Source: a virus (lineage: Duplodnaviria; Caudoviricetes). From it: a DNA stretch of 64,000 nucleotides. The position numbers and the translations under genes are program-made. Position 1 is the first letter of the stretch; each line of letters begins with the position of its first letter. A model generated the notes under the pieces. The model saw only the letters and a program-made list of their open reading frames with translations, was not told the origin of the DNA and searched no databases. The stretch spans positions 7,655-71,654 of the IMG/VR virus record IMGVR_UViG_2834148589_000001; one strand, written 5' to 3'. Of the stretch, positions 1 through 9,732 are shown piece by piece.

Positions 1-94
1 CGGTTTCCTCGGCCTTTTCCTGCTCGTCGTCTTCGGTCGCGGCGCGCGACCGCTGACCCCCGCCAAGCAAGTTGGCGAAGCTGAATTTGGTCAT
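1..94 (-). CDS. Phage head-region protein, N-terminus only (MTKFSFANLLGG...)
   Basis: ATG at 94 with AAGGAG RBS, downstream of the S49 gene; runs off the window. Confidence 0.6.
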   Translation of the reverse strand, partial: MTKFSFANLLGGGQRSRAATEDDEQEKAEET

Positions 95-110
95 CGTCTT
101 CTCCTTTGTG

Positions 111-1010
111 TCAGCCGGTAGCCCCGGCCAGGTGGGTGGCGAACAGGCCTAGAGCCTCTTGCGCCGGCAGAATTGCGTCGATCAGGCCTGCGCCGAGGGC
201 ATCCGCGACGCCTTTCGGACCATCGAAAGCGCGCGCCTCGGTCGCCAGGATGTCGGCAGCGCTGATTGCGCCCCGCCGCCCTGCGGCCACGCTGTCTGCA
301 AAGACCGCTCGAATGGCTTGCAGCCGGGCCTCGATGTCCTTCCGGGCGGTATCCGACAATGGCAGGTAAGGGTGGCCATCGGCTTTGAGCGCTCCGGCCT
401 GCATCACGGTAGCGGTGATCCCCTGCATCTTCAGCATTTCGGAAATGTCGAAGTGAGTGGCGATCGTGCCGATATGCCCCACGCCCCCCATGCGCGGGGC
501 GCTGATCTGATCCGCGGCGCTCGCGAGCCAGTAACCCGCCGAGTAAGCCATATCTTGCACGGCTGAGATCACGGGCTTTGTCTCTCGCGCCGCCATGATC
601 GCACCATGCGCTTCGTCAACGCCGGAGACGTAGCCACCGGGACTGTCGACAAGCAGGGCGATCCCGCTAACCGTGCTATTCTCGGCTGCGTGCTCGACCT
701 GCCAGCAGAGTTCCGCGCAGCCGGTAGCCCAAGACCAGTTGATGATTTCAAGTTCGGGGACGATCAGGCCTCTGATCCCGATGAGCGCAACCCCGTCCAC
801 GATGGCATAGGGCGGCACTCCCTTTTCGGCTTCGGCCATCGCGGTCCAGATCCAGCGAGGACCTGCAAGTTGGGTGTTGCCCCGCGCCGCCAAGACCTTC
901 GCGGCGCGCTCTTCTGCCCAAGCGAGGAAATCGCCTTGTGCGGCGGGTAGATGACCGAGCAACGCGCCCGGCGCAAGGCGCGCCAGCGCGGGAGCGGGGG
1001 ACGTATCCAT
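111..1010 (-). CDS. S49 family prohead protease (lambda gpC-like)
   Basis: Motifs VDSPGG, AYSAGYWLASAAD, GHIG; follows portal; start trimmed to MDTS. Confidence 0.9.
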   Translation of the reverse strand: MDTSPAPALARLAPGALLGHLPAAQGDFLAWAEERAAKVLAARGNTQLAGPRWIWTAMAEAEKGVPPYAIVDGVALIGIRGLIVPELEIINWSWATGCAELCWQVEHAAENSTVSGIALLVDSPGGYVSGVDEAHGAIMAARETKPVISAVQDMAYSAGYWLASAADQISAPRMGGVGHIGTIATHFDISEMLKMQGITATVMQAGALKADGHPYLPLSDTARKDIEARLQAIRAVFADSVAAGRRGAISAADILATEARAFDGPKGVADALGAGLIDAILPAQEALGLFATHLAGATG

Positions 1011-1026
1011 ATTCGTATTCCTTTGG

Positions 1027-2601
1027 TTATTCGTCCGCAGCCGGTCGCATGTCCGGTCCGGTGACACCCATGATCGTCGCGAATTTCTCCTGCGCGGGAT
1101 GCATGACGCCGGCTGGCATCTGCTCGATTTCCCGCGCGATCTGCCCGAGATTGTCGCTGTAATCCGCGCCCGACAGCTCGGCCGCCTCGTCTTCCATCGT
1201 CGACAATCCGAGCGCGACACGGATTGCAGAAGCCTGAGCTTCCTTGACAGGGTCGACGAAACCGCGCCCCGGGCCAATCCATTTGGCTCTCATCCAGGCA
1301 CCTGGGGCTTCGTAGAGCGTGGGCGCTCCAGACGGGAGGCGGACCAACCCGAGGTCTATTGCGTCCTCCATCACAGCAAGCCGGATCGGCTGGCAGAAGC
1401 GAGACGCGAACTCCTGACGCCTGGACATGAACCCGCGCCAGATCTCCACAAGAGCGGCTCGAGCCGAAGAATAGTTGACTTGGCTCCAGTCCATCGCGAG
1501 CTGCTCGTAGGACATTCCTAGCCCGGTCGCGATGCGGCGAAGAACGGCGGTTTCGAACATCGCATATTGTCCGGCAGGACGGGTGACGTTCACGCTCTCG
1601 ATGCTGTCGCCGGGCGCGAGGACGGGCAGGCGGACCCCGCCAAAGGTAAGGCCGCGTTCCTTCATCAGCGATTGGCGAGCGTCGTCGAGTTCGGTGAACT
1701 GACCGTCGGAAATCAGTTCCTGGACAGCCTCGGGTGACAGCGGAGAAGAAATGAACAGGCCGAGGATAGCGCTCAGCACTGCCGCCTGGAGCTCGACGCG
1801 CGCGTGCTTATCCTGCATTTTCATCGCGTCCATCACTGGAGCGAGGCGACTGATGCCCCGCGTCTGGCCGTCGCGGTGACGCTCGAAGAAATGTGCGACC
1901 TGCGGTCGGTACCAGGGCAGTTCCCTTTCCCAGCGGTCCCAAACTTGGTTCTGGCCCCAGCCGAACATTGCCAGTTCGTGCTGCCGTCGAAAGTGATACG
2001 CGACAGGAGCTCCCCATGCGTCGAGCTCGACGCCTTGGCGCATCAGCGGCGTGTCGGGCGCGTTCTGCGGATTGGACAGCAGATCCGGGTCTACGATCCT
2101 GAGACAGGTTCGGAATGGTCCGGGTCCGCCTTCGCGCCAGTGAATCACCGACAAGGCATCGCCGTCGATCATGCCGGTGCGGTAGGCCATGCCGACGAGG
2201 CCGCCCCAACCCTGAGTGCGCGTGACATCCGCGCCATGAAGCGGATCGTCAGCCCAGGTGCGAAATGCGGCATCCATCTGTTCGCCGATCTCGCTTGCCT
2301 CTTCGCGGCTGATCCCCAATACGCGCCAGTCCGGTCGCGCAGAAGGACGGAACTGCGCGCCGATAACGGCGTCCGTTTCACGCTGGATGCCGCCGGCGGC
2401 AAAGCCGTTATTGCGAGCGAGATCCCGAGCCCGTGCGGTGACAGGGTCGCGGGCGGCGCTGAGCTCGGAATCCGGATGCTCGCGGTGCGGCATCCACGCG
2501 CCGAGCTCTTGGCTCATAACGTCAGCAGCGTCATAGGCTTCGTGCCCGACCAGGGCGGCCAGCGCTCGCCGGTTGGACCGAAAAACGGGAGTAACGCTCA
2601 C
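1027..2601 (-). CDS. Phage portal protein, lambda family
   Basis: ARARDLARNN, GQTRGIS, NYSSARAAL, VDPVKEA motifs. Confidence 0.95.
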   Translation of the reverse strand: MSVTPVFRSNRRALAALVGHEAYDAADVMSQELGAWMPHREHPDSELSAARDPVTARARDLARNNGFAAGGIQRETDAVIGAQFRPSARPDWRVLGISREEASEIGEQMDAAFRTWADDPLHGADVTRTQGWGGLVGMAYRTGMIDGDALSVIHWREGGPGPFRTCLRIVDPDLLSNPQNAPDTPLMRQGVELDAWGAPVAYHFRRQHELAMFGWGQNQVWDRWERELPWYRPQVAHFFERHRDGQTRGISRLAPVMDAMKMQDKHARVELQAAVLSAILGLFISSPLSPEAVQELISDGQFTELDDARQSLMKERGLTFGGVRLPVLAPGDSIESVNVTRPAGQYAMFETAVLRRIATGLGMSYEQLAMDWSQVNYSSARAALVEIWRGFMSRRQEFASRFCQPIRLAVMEDAIDLGLVRLPSGAPTLYEAPGAWMRAKWIGPGRGFVDPVKEAQASAIRVALGLSTMEDEAAELSGADYSDNLGQIAREIEQMPAGVMHPAQEKFATIMGVTGPDMRPAADE

Positions 2602-2804
2602 CGGAAGCGGACTCCGATTGCGCGACGGCGGCCGGTTCCAGCCTGAGCTTTCAGATCCTCGATATGACGATCGAGTGCGGCCAGATCGGCGGGCTGGAAC
2701 TTCAGCGATTCATCGCCTTGCCGCATCTCGGTGGGCGCGCGGCCGGAAATCAGATCGAGGCGGCGCTGCTCAGCGGCTTCGATCTGCTCTTGAAGGGTCG
2801 GCAT
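2598..2804 (-). CDS. gpW-like head-tail joining protein
   Basis: 68 aa between terminase and portal, C-terminal RRRAIGVRF. Confidence 0.8.
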   Translation of the reverse strand: MPTLQEQIEAAEQRRLDLISGRAPTEMRQGDESLKFQPADLAALDRHIEDLKAQAGTGRRRAIGVRFR

Positions 2805-2805
2805 G

Positions 2806-4860
2806 TTACCTCCTGATCAGACGCGCGAAGGCATCTTTCGAGTTCGTTGGTTTGTCGTCTTCGCTACGCGTTGTCGTTTCGACGGGCAGACGTGGCATTG
2901 CTTGCTCAGACAGCGGGACATGCGGGTCGGCGGTAACGGCAGTGACTGTGCTTGCTGGAAGATCGAACAGGTCCGGCTGCCCCTCAGGCGGCGCAATGCT
3001 CCGTTCCAATTCCAGTTGGCCCCATTGTTGATCTGTCATCGCGGCCCAACCCTTTTTGCGGGCGGCGGCCTCGGCATAATTCATGGCGTCGAGGCATTCG
3101 TTGCGCCGGGACGGTTCGACCAGTTCCCATTTCGACGTCATCGCGCCCGAGGACGCGCGCTTCAGCACCCGGACCTCGGACGTGATCTGCCGGAAGTACT
3201 CGTCGCCCAGCCCGGTCGCGAAGGCGACGTATCCGCGTCCTTCGGGATCTTCCTTCGCAAGCCAGCCGTAGAAATCGGCCTTAAGCTGACTCACGTTCAC
3301 GACCCAGCGGCGCTTTTGCCGTTTCGCGACCCGTCCGTTTTCTTTCCGGGTGGATTGCGGTTGCAGCACTGGCCCGTTCGCGCTGCTTGCCCCCTTCACC
3401 GTGATCACTCGGGTAAAGGGGTGCGACTTTGCCCAGTCGAGCACATCCGCCGTGAACGAACCCTCGTCGACGGCCATCATGTCGAGCGGGAGCTCCAGCC
3501 CGAGCGTCGTCCTCCAGGTCGATTTCAGCAGCGCGTTGAGCGCCGCGCGGCCCTCTTCGTCGCCGATGTAATGTGGGATCACCCGATGCTCGACGACCCA
3601 GCGCCGCAGGTCCCGACCGAAGGCGACGATCGAGACCTCGATACGGTCCCCCTGGAAATCGACGCCGGCGGTCAAGAGGACCCCGGACGCTGGGACGCGA
3701 CCCAGCGGCAGCACTGTCTCGGGCTCCGCATTCTCGACGCGGTCGCGCAGCTTTTCCCAATCCGGCCCCTTGCTCGCCTGCTCGTAGGGAAGGCCCAGCA
3801 CATCGTTCCAGAAGGTCTGTTCGGTCTCGACCTCGACCTTGTCCCGGGCTTCCTCATCGGTCTCGACCCGGGCCTGCACCCCGGTCCAGCCCATGACTTG
3901 GGCGTATTCGACCGCGATCGACGCCCAGTCCCGCTGCGGGACATAGGCCCGCCACAGGTGGAAACCCGGATGATCGCCGTGCGGGTTGTGCGCAACCCAG
4001 TCTCCCGCCGCCACCATCACGCGCTTGTCGGCGTGGTTGATGACGGCGCCGCAGGAATCGCAGCTGAAGCACGCCGCCCCAAGGCGCTCGGGGTCGAGGT
4101 TCTTGCGAAAGTTCTCCCAGGTCAGGGGCGCGCGGTGCCCGCAATGCGGGCAAGGCACATGGTAGTGTCGCTGGTCCGAGCGTTTGAACGCCCGGGTCAC
4201 GCGGCAGGTGCCCTGGATCTGCGGCGTCGAGATCCGCACGATCTTGGCTTCCTCGAAACCAGAGGCGCGGCTTTCGGCCAGCTTCTCCGGGTCGCCCTTC
4301 GGCGTCATTTCGAACTTCGCGACATCGTCCATCAGCACGAGGCGGCGCGTCGTGCCGGCAAGGTCGTCGGGCGATCCCGCGCTCACCACCTTCAGGGTCC
4401 CGTCGCGGCGCAGGGTTTCCTGGTTGTGCAGCGTGTCGGTCTGGTCCCCGCGCCCCTCGCCGAAGATCTCGACGAGGCTGGGAGCCTGCCGGCGAATCGG
4501 CATCCATTTCGTGCGGACCCATTCGGTCGCCGCCGAGCTGGTCGGGTGAACCACGAGGCTGTCGAGCGGGCCGTATTCGTGCCAGGCGGCCAGTGTCGGG
4601 ATCAGGACCGAGACGGTCTTGCCCCATTGCGCCGACCCGCGCAGCGTGACCTCCCGCGAGGGATGCTCCGGGCTCAGAACCTCGTGCACCTCGCGCAGGA
4701 ACGGAAACAGCGAAATATCGAACTTGCCGGGAAACGGCGAGCGCGCATCGAACTCGATATTGTCGGTACACCAGCGGGTGATGTCTGGTGGCAACGGCGG
4801 TTGCATGGCCTGCGCCATCCCGCGGAGGATGGCGGCTTCGGCCGATGACAGGAAACCCAT
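2806..4860 (-). CDS. Terminase large subunit, GpA family
   Basis: Walker A SAQWGKT, ISTP, CPHCG zinc motif, GVDFQ, RNECLD. Confidence 0.95.
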   Translation of the reverse strand: MGFLSSAEAAILRGMAQAMQPPLPPDITRWCTDNIEFDARSPFPGKFDISLFPFLREVHEVLSPEHPSREVTLRGSAQWGKTVSVLIPTLAAWHEYGPLDSLVVHPTSSAATEWVRTKWMPIRRQAPSLVEIFGEGRGDQTDTLHNQETLRRDGTLKVVSAGSPDDLAGTTRRLVLMDDVAKFEMTPKGDPEKLAESRASGFEEAKIVRISTPQIQGTCRVTRAFKRSDQRHYHVPCPHCGHRAPLTWENFRKNLDPERLGAACFSCDSCGAVINHADKRVMVAAGDWVAHNPHGDHPGFHLWRAYVPQRDWASIAVEYAQVMGWTGVQARVETDEEARDKVEVETEQTFWNDVLGLPYEQASKGPDWEKLRDRVENAEPETVLPLGRVPASGVLLTAGVDFQGDRIEVSIVAFGRDLRRWVVEHRVIPHYIGDEEGRAALNALLKSTWRTTLGLELPLDMMAVDEGSFTADVLDWAKSHPFTRVITVKGASSANGPVLQPQSTRKENGRVAKRQKRRWVVNVSQLKADFYGWLAKEDPEGRGYVAFATGLGDEYFRQITSEVRVLKRASSGAMTSKWELVEPSRRNECLDAMNYAEAAARKKGWAAMTDQQWGQLELERSIAPPEGQPDLFDLPASTVTAVTADPHVPLSEQAMPRLPVETTTRSEDDKPTNSKDAFARLIRR

Positions 4861-5504
4861 CAGACCTGCTCGGCCTTCTCGGCATCGGTCATTCCCGCCG
4901 TCCCGGCCAGATCGTCCAGCTGCTCGGCCCGCGCGGTGCGGTGGGCGCGCCAGCGATCCATCATGACCTTGCGGGTTTCCCGGTAATCGACGCCCATCTG
5001 GTCTGCCACGGCCCGGGCCATTTCCCGGACCAGCGACTCGAACAGGGCCACTTCCTTCGCGAGCGCCTGTCCCGATTGCCGCTGGACCTCTTCGGCCAGA
5101 AGCCAGAGCCCTTCGTCGCGCGCATTGTCCCGGCGCGCTTTCCGGGCCTGCTCTTCCTTGATCTGGAGCGTTGCCAGCTCCAGGCGATCAGGATCGCGGT
5201 CACCGACGGGCCCATCGTAGCCCCGTGTGGGGTTGCGGCTCGCCTGCGCGTCGGGCTTTTCGTCACTGGTTCCTTCTTCGGAGACGGCCCTCAATGTCCG
5301 CCGGGTCTCGCGCCCGTTGCCCGTCATCTGGCCGAGGTCGAGCTTGCGCCCCAGTGCGTCGGCCACCTTGGCCAGGTCGAACCGGCGTGCGCGGCCCGTT
5401 CCCTCGTAGCAACCTTCCAGCTTTCCCTCGCTCACATACTGGCTGATGCGAGGCTTCGAGAGCCCGAGCCGGGATGCAAGTTCGGTTGCGTTAAGGTTGG
5501 CCAT
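4860..5504 (-). CDS. Terminase small subunit (Nu1-like)
   Basis: N-terminal wHTH (ELASRLGLSKPRISQY) plus coiled coil, directly upstream of GpA. Confidence 0.8.
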   Translation of the reverse strand: MANLNATELASRLGLSKPRISQYVSEGKLEGCYEGTGRARRFDLAKVADALGRKLDLGQMTGNGRETRRTLRAVSEEGTSDEKPDAQASRNPTRGYDGPVGDRDPDRLELATLQIKEEQARKARRDNARDEGLWLLAEEVQRQSGQALAKEVALFESLVREMARAVADQMGVDYRETRKVMMDRWRAHRTARAEQLDDLAGTAGMTDAEKAEQV

Positions 5505-5605
5505 GGCCCTTTCCGTTGTTAAGTTAAGGCTTTCCAGATCGTTAAGAGCGGCGACACCCACGGGGCGCGAATTACCCGCGTGCAGGGGTTGCCCGGGAAG
5601 GACCC
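5490..5605 (-). promoter_or_regulatory. Putative cos packaging site
   Basis: Minus strand GGGTCCT (identical to lambda cosQ) at 5605-5599, then CGCGGGTAATTCGCG and repeated CTTAAC just upstream of the small terminase. Confidence 0.6.
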
Positions 5606-5624
5606 GAAGGGGGCCGGGGCGAGG

Positions 5625-6353
5625 TCACCGCGAGGTCGCGAGCGCCCGGTCGAAGGCCCGGCGAAGATTGACGCCCAACCGATCGCGGTAGATCGCGGCG
5701 ACGGTTCCTTCGAACTCCAGCACCGGCGTGTAGGTCGGCACTTTGTCCGAGAATTTCAGCACCCGCACCGGGATGTCGTCCGGAGCGTTGCGGCGATACA
5801 CCCCCGGCGCCAGACCGTGCTTCGGGACGAAGTACCGCGCCCGGTTGCGCGCCCGGCGGGCCGAGCGCTGCGTGGTATTCGCGGCGCCGTCGCGTTGCGC
5901 CTGCAGCTGCGAGAGCACCTGGTTGCGTTCCCCGCGCGACCAGTTGCCGTAAGCATCGAGGCGGGCGCCTTCGAACGGCCCATCCGTCGCCGGGATTACC
6001 GTGCGCAGGATCTGCGCCGACACGACATGCTGATCGATCAGCTTCTCGATGCCTGTCTGCGGGCGACCGCCCCCTTGGTTCTGGACCTTCAGGTAATGGC
6101 GCCGGCCCACCGAGGGCTTTTCTTGCACCTTGGCGGTGCGGTCGGATTTCGTGGCGCGCCAGACCTGGAATGCTCCGAGCGTCCAGCGTGTCGGGCGGTC
6201 GAACTGGACCTGCATTCTGTCCTTCAACGCGTCTAGTGCATCGTCCGCCGTCCAGTTCAGAGCCCAGACCTCGATCTGCGGCAGCTGGCGCTGCAAGAGA
6301 TCGCCGGTGCGTTTCAGGAAGTCCGATGCGTCCAGGGCCATCTCAAAAGACAT
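5625..6353 (-). CDS. Conserved phage protein (gpZ/tail-completion-like)
   Basis: ALNWTA...FDRPTRWT, LDAYGN motifs; position before cos. Confidence 0.55.
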   Translation of the reverse strand: MSFEMALDASDFLKRTGDLLQRQLPQIEVWALNWTADDALDALKDRMQVQFDRPTRWTLGAFQVWRATKSDRTAKVQEKPSVGRRHYLKVQNQGGGRPQTGIEKLIDQHVVSAQILRTVIPATDGPFEGARLDAYGNWSRGERNQVLSQLQAQRDGAANTTQRSARRARNRARYFVPKHGLAPGVYRRNAPDDIPVRVLKFSDKVPTYTPVLEFEGTVAAIYRDRLGVNLRRAFDRALATSR

Positions 6354-6461
6354 GAGCCGCCTCCTAACGCAAAGCGCCCGCTCGGGTGTTCCCGGCGGGC
6401 GCAGCTTTAGATGATGACAAAGAGATACGATCCGGTTGAGGTAAGCGTCAAGCCCCTTTCT

Positions 6462-7229
6462 TCAGCGGAGCGCTGGGGCGGCGCGCGCCATCTGATCGAG
6501 CGAGCTGGCGAGGGCGGCCTGAGCCCGGTTGACCGAGTCACCATAAACTGACCACGCGTGCGATTTCAGGACCTCGGTCAGGGTCAGCCCTTCGATGCAG
6601 ACCATGTCGACCAGCGCGCGGGTCGTGATGCTGCGCCGCTTGCCGCCCCGGTTACGCGTGACCTCCAGTGCGTACCCCGTGCCAATGGCGGCCTCCATCC
6701 TGCGAATCGCATCACCCTCGGCCAGCACGGCGTCCATGTAGCTGCCGCCTCCGGACCCTTGGCTGCCCCGGTCCTGCGCCTCGACGGAGACGCATTTCAG
6801 GCCGACGGAGCTGTGCCGCTCGACCAGCGCGCCATAGCGCCGCCCGGCATCGACTTGCGACGGCGTGAAGGGTGCAGATCCGCCGCGCCGCTGGGCCTGC
6901 TGTTCCATCACGTCGAACACGTCGCTGGCCCGCGCTGCATCGCGCCCCGAGAAACCGACGTGTTGGGGTTCATAGCCGTTGGCGGTCGCGCGGACAGCCT
7001 GCGGCGCATAGGGCAGGGTGATCCCGCGCGCGGGCGCCACGGGGATCTCCGGACCGCAGCTGCTCGGCGCGTGGGCCCTGACCTTCATCAGCTGCAGCCG
7101 ATCTTTCTCTTTCGCCGGCGTGAGGACGATCTGACGTTCCCGGGCGATCACCTTGAGCGCGCCTTGCCGATAGCCGATCAGCCGGTCTACCGCCGCGTCC
7201 AGATCGCTCTTTCTGATCATCTTTCCCAT
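6462..7229 (-). CDS. Putative late regulator (Q-position protein with C-terminal HTH)
   Basis: 255 aa; C-terminal LVDMVCIEGLTLTEVL HTH-like segment; between replication and late genes. Confidence 0.5.
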   Translation of the reverse strand: MGKMIRKSDLDAAVDRLIGYRQGALKVIARERQIVLTPAKEKDRLQLMKVRAHAPSSCGPEIPVAPARGITLPYAPQAVRATANGYEPQHVGFSGRDAARASDVFDVMEQQAQRRGGSAPFTPSQVDAGRRYGALVERHSSVGLKCVSVEAQDRGSQGSGGGSYMDAVLAEGDAIRRMEAAIGTGYALEVTRNRGGKRRSITTRALVDMVCIEGLTLTEVLKSHAWSVYGDSVNRAQAALASSLDQMARAAPALR

Positions 7230-7284
7230 ATCTTGTGCCTCACTTTCTGCTCTGAGCTAATGATTGATTCTCGTTGGTCTTGAA

Positions 7285-7605
7285 TGGGTCGTCAGGGTCG
7301 TAAGACAAGAATGCTGGGTCGTTAGACGCTGAGAGACCTGAGAAAGGATATGCGGGGATAACAGGGAGTTACCGCGTATCTGGGTCGTCAGGGTCGTATG
7401 GGAGCTAAGGGCACGCACTACGTCTGAAACACCATTCCCCCGAACCCCTCAAACCGCGCTTCCCTATACACGCGCGCAGCAACGTCCCGAACGTCCCTGA
7501 CGACCCGTCCCGTCGCATAAGCCCCTGAAACGCCGCGCGAACCCCCGAACCCCTCGGAAGAAGGCGACGACCCACAGGGGGCTTCTGGACGTCCCTGACG
7601 ACCCA
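7285..7605. repeat. Iteron-like direct and inverted repeats; putative replication origin
   Basis: TGGGTCGTCAGGGTCGTA at 7285 and 7381, partial copy at 7315; inverted ACGTCCCTGACGACCC at 7491 and 7589. Confidence 0.7.
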
Positions 7606-7634
7606 TGGGACATCGAAGAAGGGGGTGCGGGGCG

Positions 7635-9488
7635 TCAAAGCAGGTCACCGTTCTGCCGGCGCAGTTCGGCGCGCTGTCGGTCGAGCTGGTGCTCTTCGAA
7701 CCGCTCCCTGAAGGGGTGGATCAGCACGATGCCGTCGTAAAACGGGTCCGAGGATTTGCGGGCAGTGAAGGTCTGCCCTGTCACCGGGCTCTTCCACTTG
7801 CCCGCCTTTTCCTTCAGCCGCCTGAACCGCGTCCGGGGCGTCCAGACGCCTTGACCGCCCTCATCGAGCCAGAACGCGAAGGCGTCCGACAGATCCTTCG
7901 ACCGCATCGAGTGTTCGGGATTGCCGGTCACGCTGCAGCACGTCGTCAGGAATGTGGCGAGCGGGTCGCTGTCTTCCCGGTACTCGGCCGTGGCCGCGAG
8001 GACCTGTTCCGGTACCTGGAGCCCGTGCGCCAGGTAGTCGCGCAGGCCGTCGAGCAACCAGTTGAAGATGCCGTCGCGCTCTCCCCAGAGCTTGTCAGAC
8101 AGGCCCGCGTCCCGTTCGTCGGGCGGGATCTGGACCTCGAAGGGCACCAGCATCACCCGGCGCCAGATCCCGTCATCGCCGCCGCGGATCTCGGGCTTGT
8201 GGTTGCCCGAGATTGTCAGCTTGAAGATCGGATAGACCTCAAGGAAATTCACCCCGTAGGGCGGGCGCACCAGGATCGGCTCGCCGCCGGTCAGTTCCTT
8301 CACCATGCCTTCCTGCAGGTTCTGCCCGTCGTCAGGTTCGGACATCCGCATGAAGCGCGCGCCCACCATCGGCATGAGGTCGGGCGTCGCATCGCCGCCG
8401 CCCCGTCGGTTCTTGCCTGTGATCGTCTCGATCTTGCCGCCGGCCGCATAGTCGCCCATGATCTTCGCGATCAGGTCGACCAGCACCGATTTGCCGTTGG
8501 CGCCCGTGCCGTAGAAGAACGCGAATTTCTGTTCCGAGGTCAGGCCGGTCATCGAATACCCGAACCATCGCTGCAGGAAGCGCCGCATCTCCGGGACCGG
8601 CTGGATGCGCTCGATGAACTCGATGAATTGTGGGCATTTGGCCTTCGGGTTCAACGCCACGGGCATGACCTTCGTCAGCAGCAGCGTCCGGTCGTGATCC
8701 TGCCGATCGACGATCACCACAGGCGGGGGCGGGTTCATCCCGCCGTCGTCTTCGCCGGGTTCGGTCCGGAACGTGAGAACGCCGCCCCGGGTGTTGATGG
8801 TCAGCGGATCCCGATCGAGATCTTCGAGGGGCCGGGCGATGATCGCCGCCGCCTCGGTCAGCAGGTTCTTGATCGAGTTCGAATTGCCGGCGTTCTTGGC
8901 ATGCGTGAGGCGACGGCCAACGGATTTCGCGCGCTTGTCGCGGATCCGGTCGGCCTCCTTGCGCAGGGCCAGCAGGAAGGCGAGGCGCTTCTCCTGGACC
9001 GCGTCCCGATCCTTGCTCGCCATGTCCATGAGTTCGGTGACCTCGTCCTTGGTCTCATCGACCTCGCGCAGAACGGCTTCGTCCTCTTCATCGACGGGCA
9101 GAAACCAAACCTCCTGGCCGATCAGGTCAGTGAGCTTGTGCGCAAGCCGCCGGACCGCCACGCCGTCCGGATCCTTGATGAAGCGCATCTCATCCCAGAC
9201 GAAGAAGCCAGCATTCGGCACGTAGACCAGGTCATGCCCGAAATGCGTGAGCAGCCGTTCCCCGTTGCCGTAATCATTCAAGGGAAAATCGACGCAGCGG
9301 GCGGCGGGCGGAAGATCTTCGCTTTCATCCGGGGTGCGGGGCGGCGGGGCGTCCTGGTCGTCATCGAAACCCGGGGTTTCCGGCGATGCCCCATCGTCTG
9401 CGGAATCCGGGACCACGACGTCATCGGGCAAGTCGACCTCGACCGCGCCAGCCATCAGCTCGCGCACCCCCTCGATTCCCTTCGGCAT
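7635..9488 (-). CDS. P4-family primase/helicase (D5 N-terminal + SF3 helicase)
   Basis: NDYGNGERL, Walker A GTGANGKS, KELTGGE, DDGIWRR. Confidence 0.93.
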   Translation of the reverse strand: MPKGIEGVRELMAGAVEVDLPDDVVVPDSADDGASPETPGFDDDQDAPPPRTPDESEDLPPAARCVDFPLNDYGNGERLLTHFGHDLVYVPNAGFFVWDEMRFIKDPDGVAVRRLAHKLTDLIGQEVWFLPVDEEDEAVLREVDETKDEVTELMDMASKDRDAVQEKRLAFLLALRKEADRIRDKRAKSVGRRLTHAKNAGNSNSIKNLLTEAAAIIARPLEDLDRDPLTINTRGGVLTFRTEPGEDDGGMNPPPPVVIVDRQDHDRTLLLTKVMPVALNPKAKCPQFIEFIERIQPVPEMRRFLQRWFGYSMTGLTSEQKFAFFYGTGANGKSVLVDLIAKIMGDYAAGGKIETITGKNRRGGGDATPDLMPMVGARFMRMSEPDDGQNLQEGMVKELTGGEPILVRPPYGVNFLEVYPIFKLTISGNHKPEIRGGDDGIWRRVMLVPFEVQIPPDERDAGLSDKLWGERDGIFNWLLDGLRDYLAHGLQVPEQVLAATAEYREDSDPLATFLTTCCSVTGNPEHSMRSKDLSDAFAFWLDEGGQGVWTPRTRFRRLKEKAGKWKSPVTGQTFTARKSSDPFYDGIVLIHPFRERFEEHQLDRQRAELRRQNGDLL

Positions 9489-9489
9489 G

Positions 9490-9732
9490 TCAGATGTCTC
9501 CCTTCAACTCGGTCAGCGCCGCGTCGAGCGCGCGCAGATCGGCCTCGTAGAACCGTGCCCATGGGCCCGGCCCGTTCTTCGTCCTGGACCCGCGCGCCCA
9601 GAGGCGCCGATAGAGATCGCGCCAGCGCGGCAGGTCGGTGATGTCTATGCGCGTGGACCAGCTGTCCTTGCGCAGCTCGGCCGCGCCGGCGGCGCGATCG
9701 AGCGTGATGGTCAGGGCTGCGCCGGCGGGCAT
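9490..9732 (-). CDS. Hypothetical phage protein
   Basis: 80 aa in operon order. Confidence 0.55.
   Translation of the reverse strand: MPAGAALTITLDRAAGAAELRKDSWSTRIDITDLPRWRDLYRRLWARGSRTKNGPGPWARFYEADLRALDAALTELKGDI

Noticed and set aside
2803-4848. Long plus-strand ORFs opposite real genes (also 7605-9641 and 23894-25561; minus-strand 51120-53333)
   Set aside because: Antisense shadows typical of high-GC coding DNA; the opposite strand has recognisable proteins
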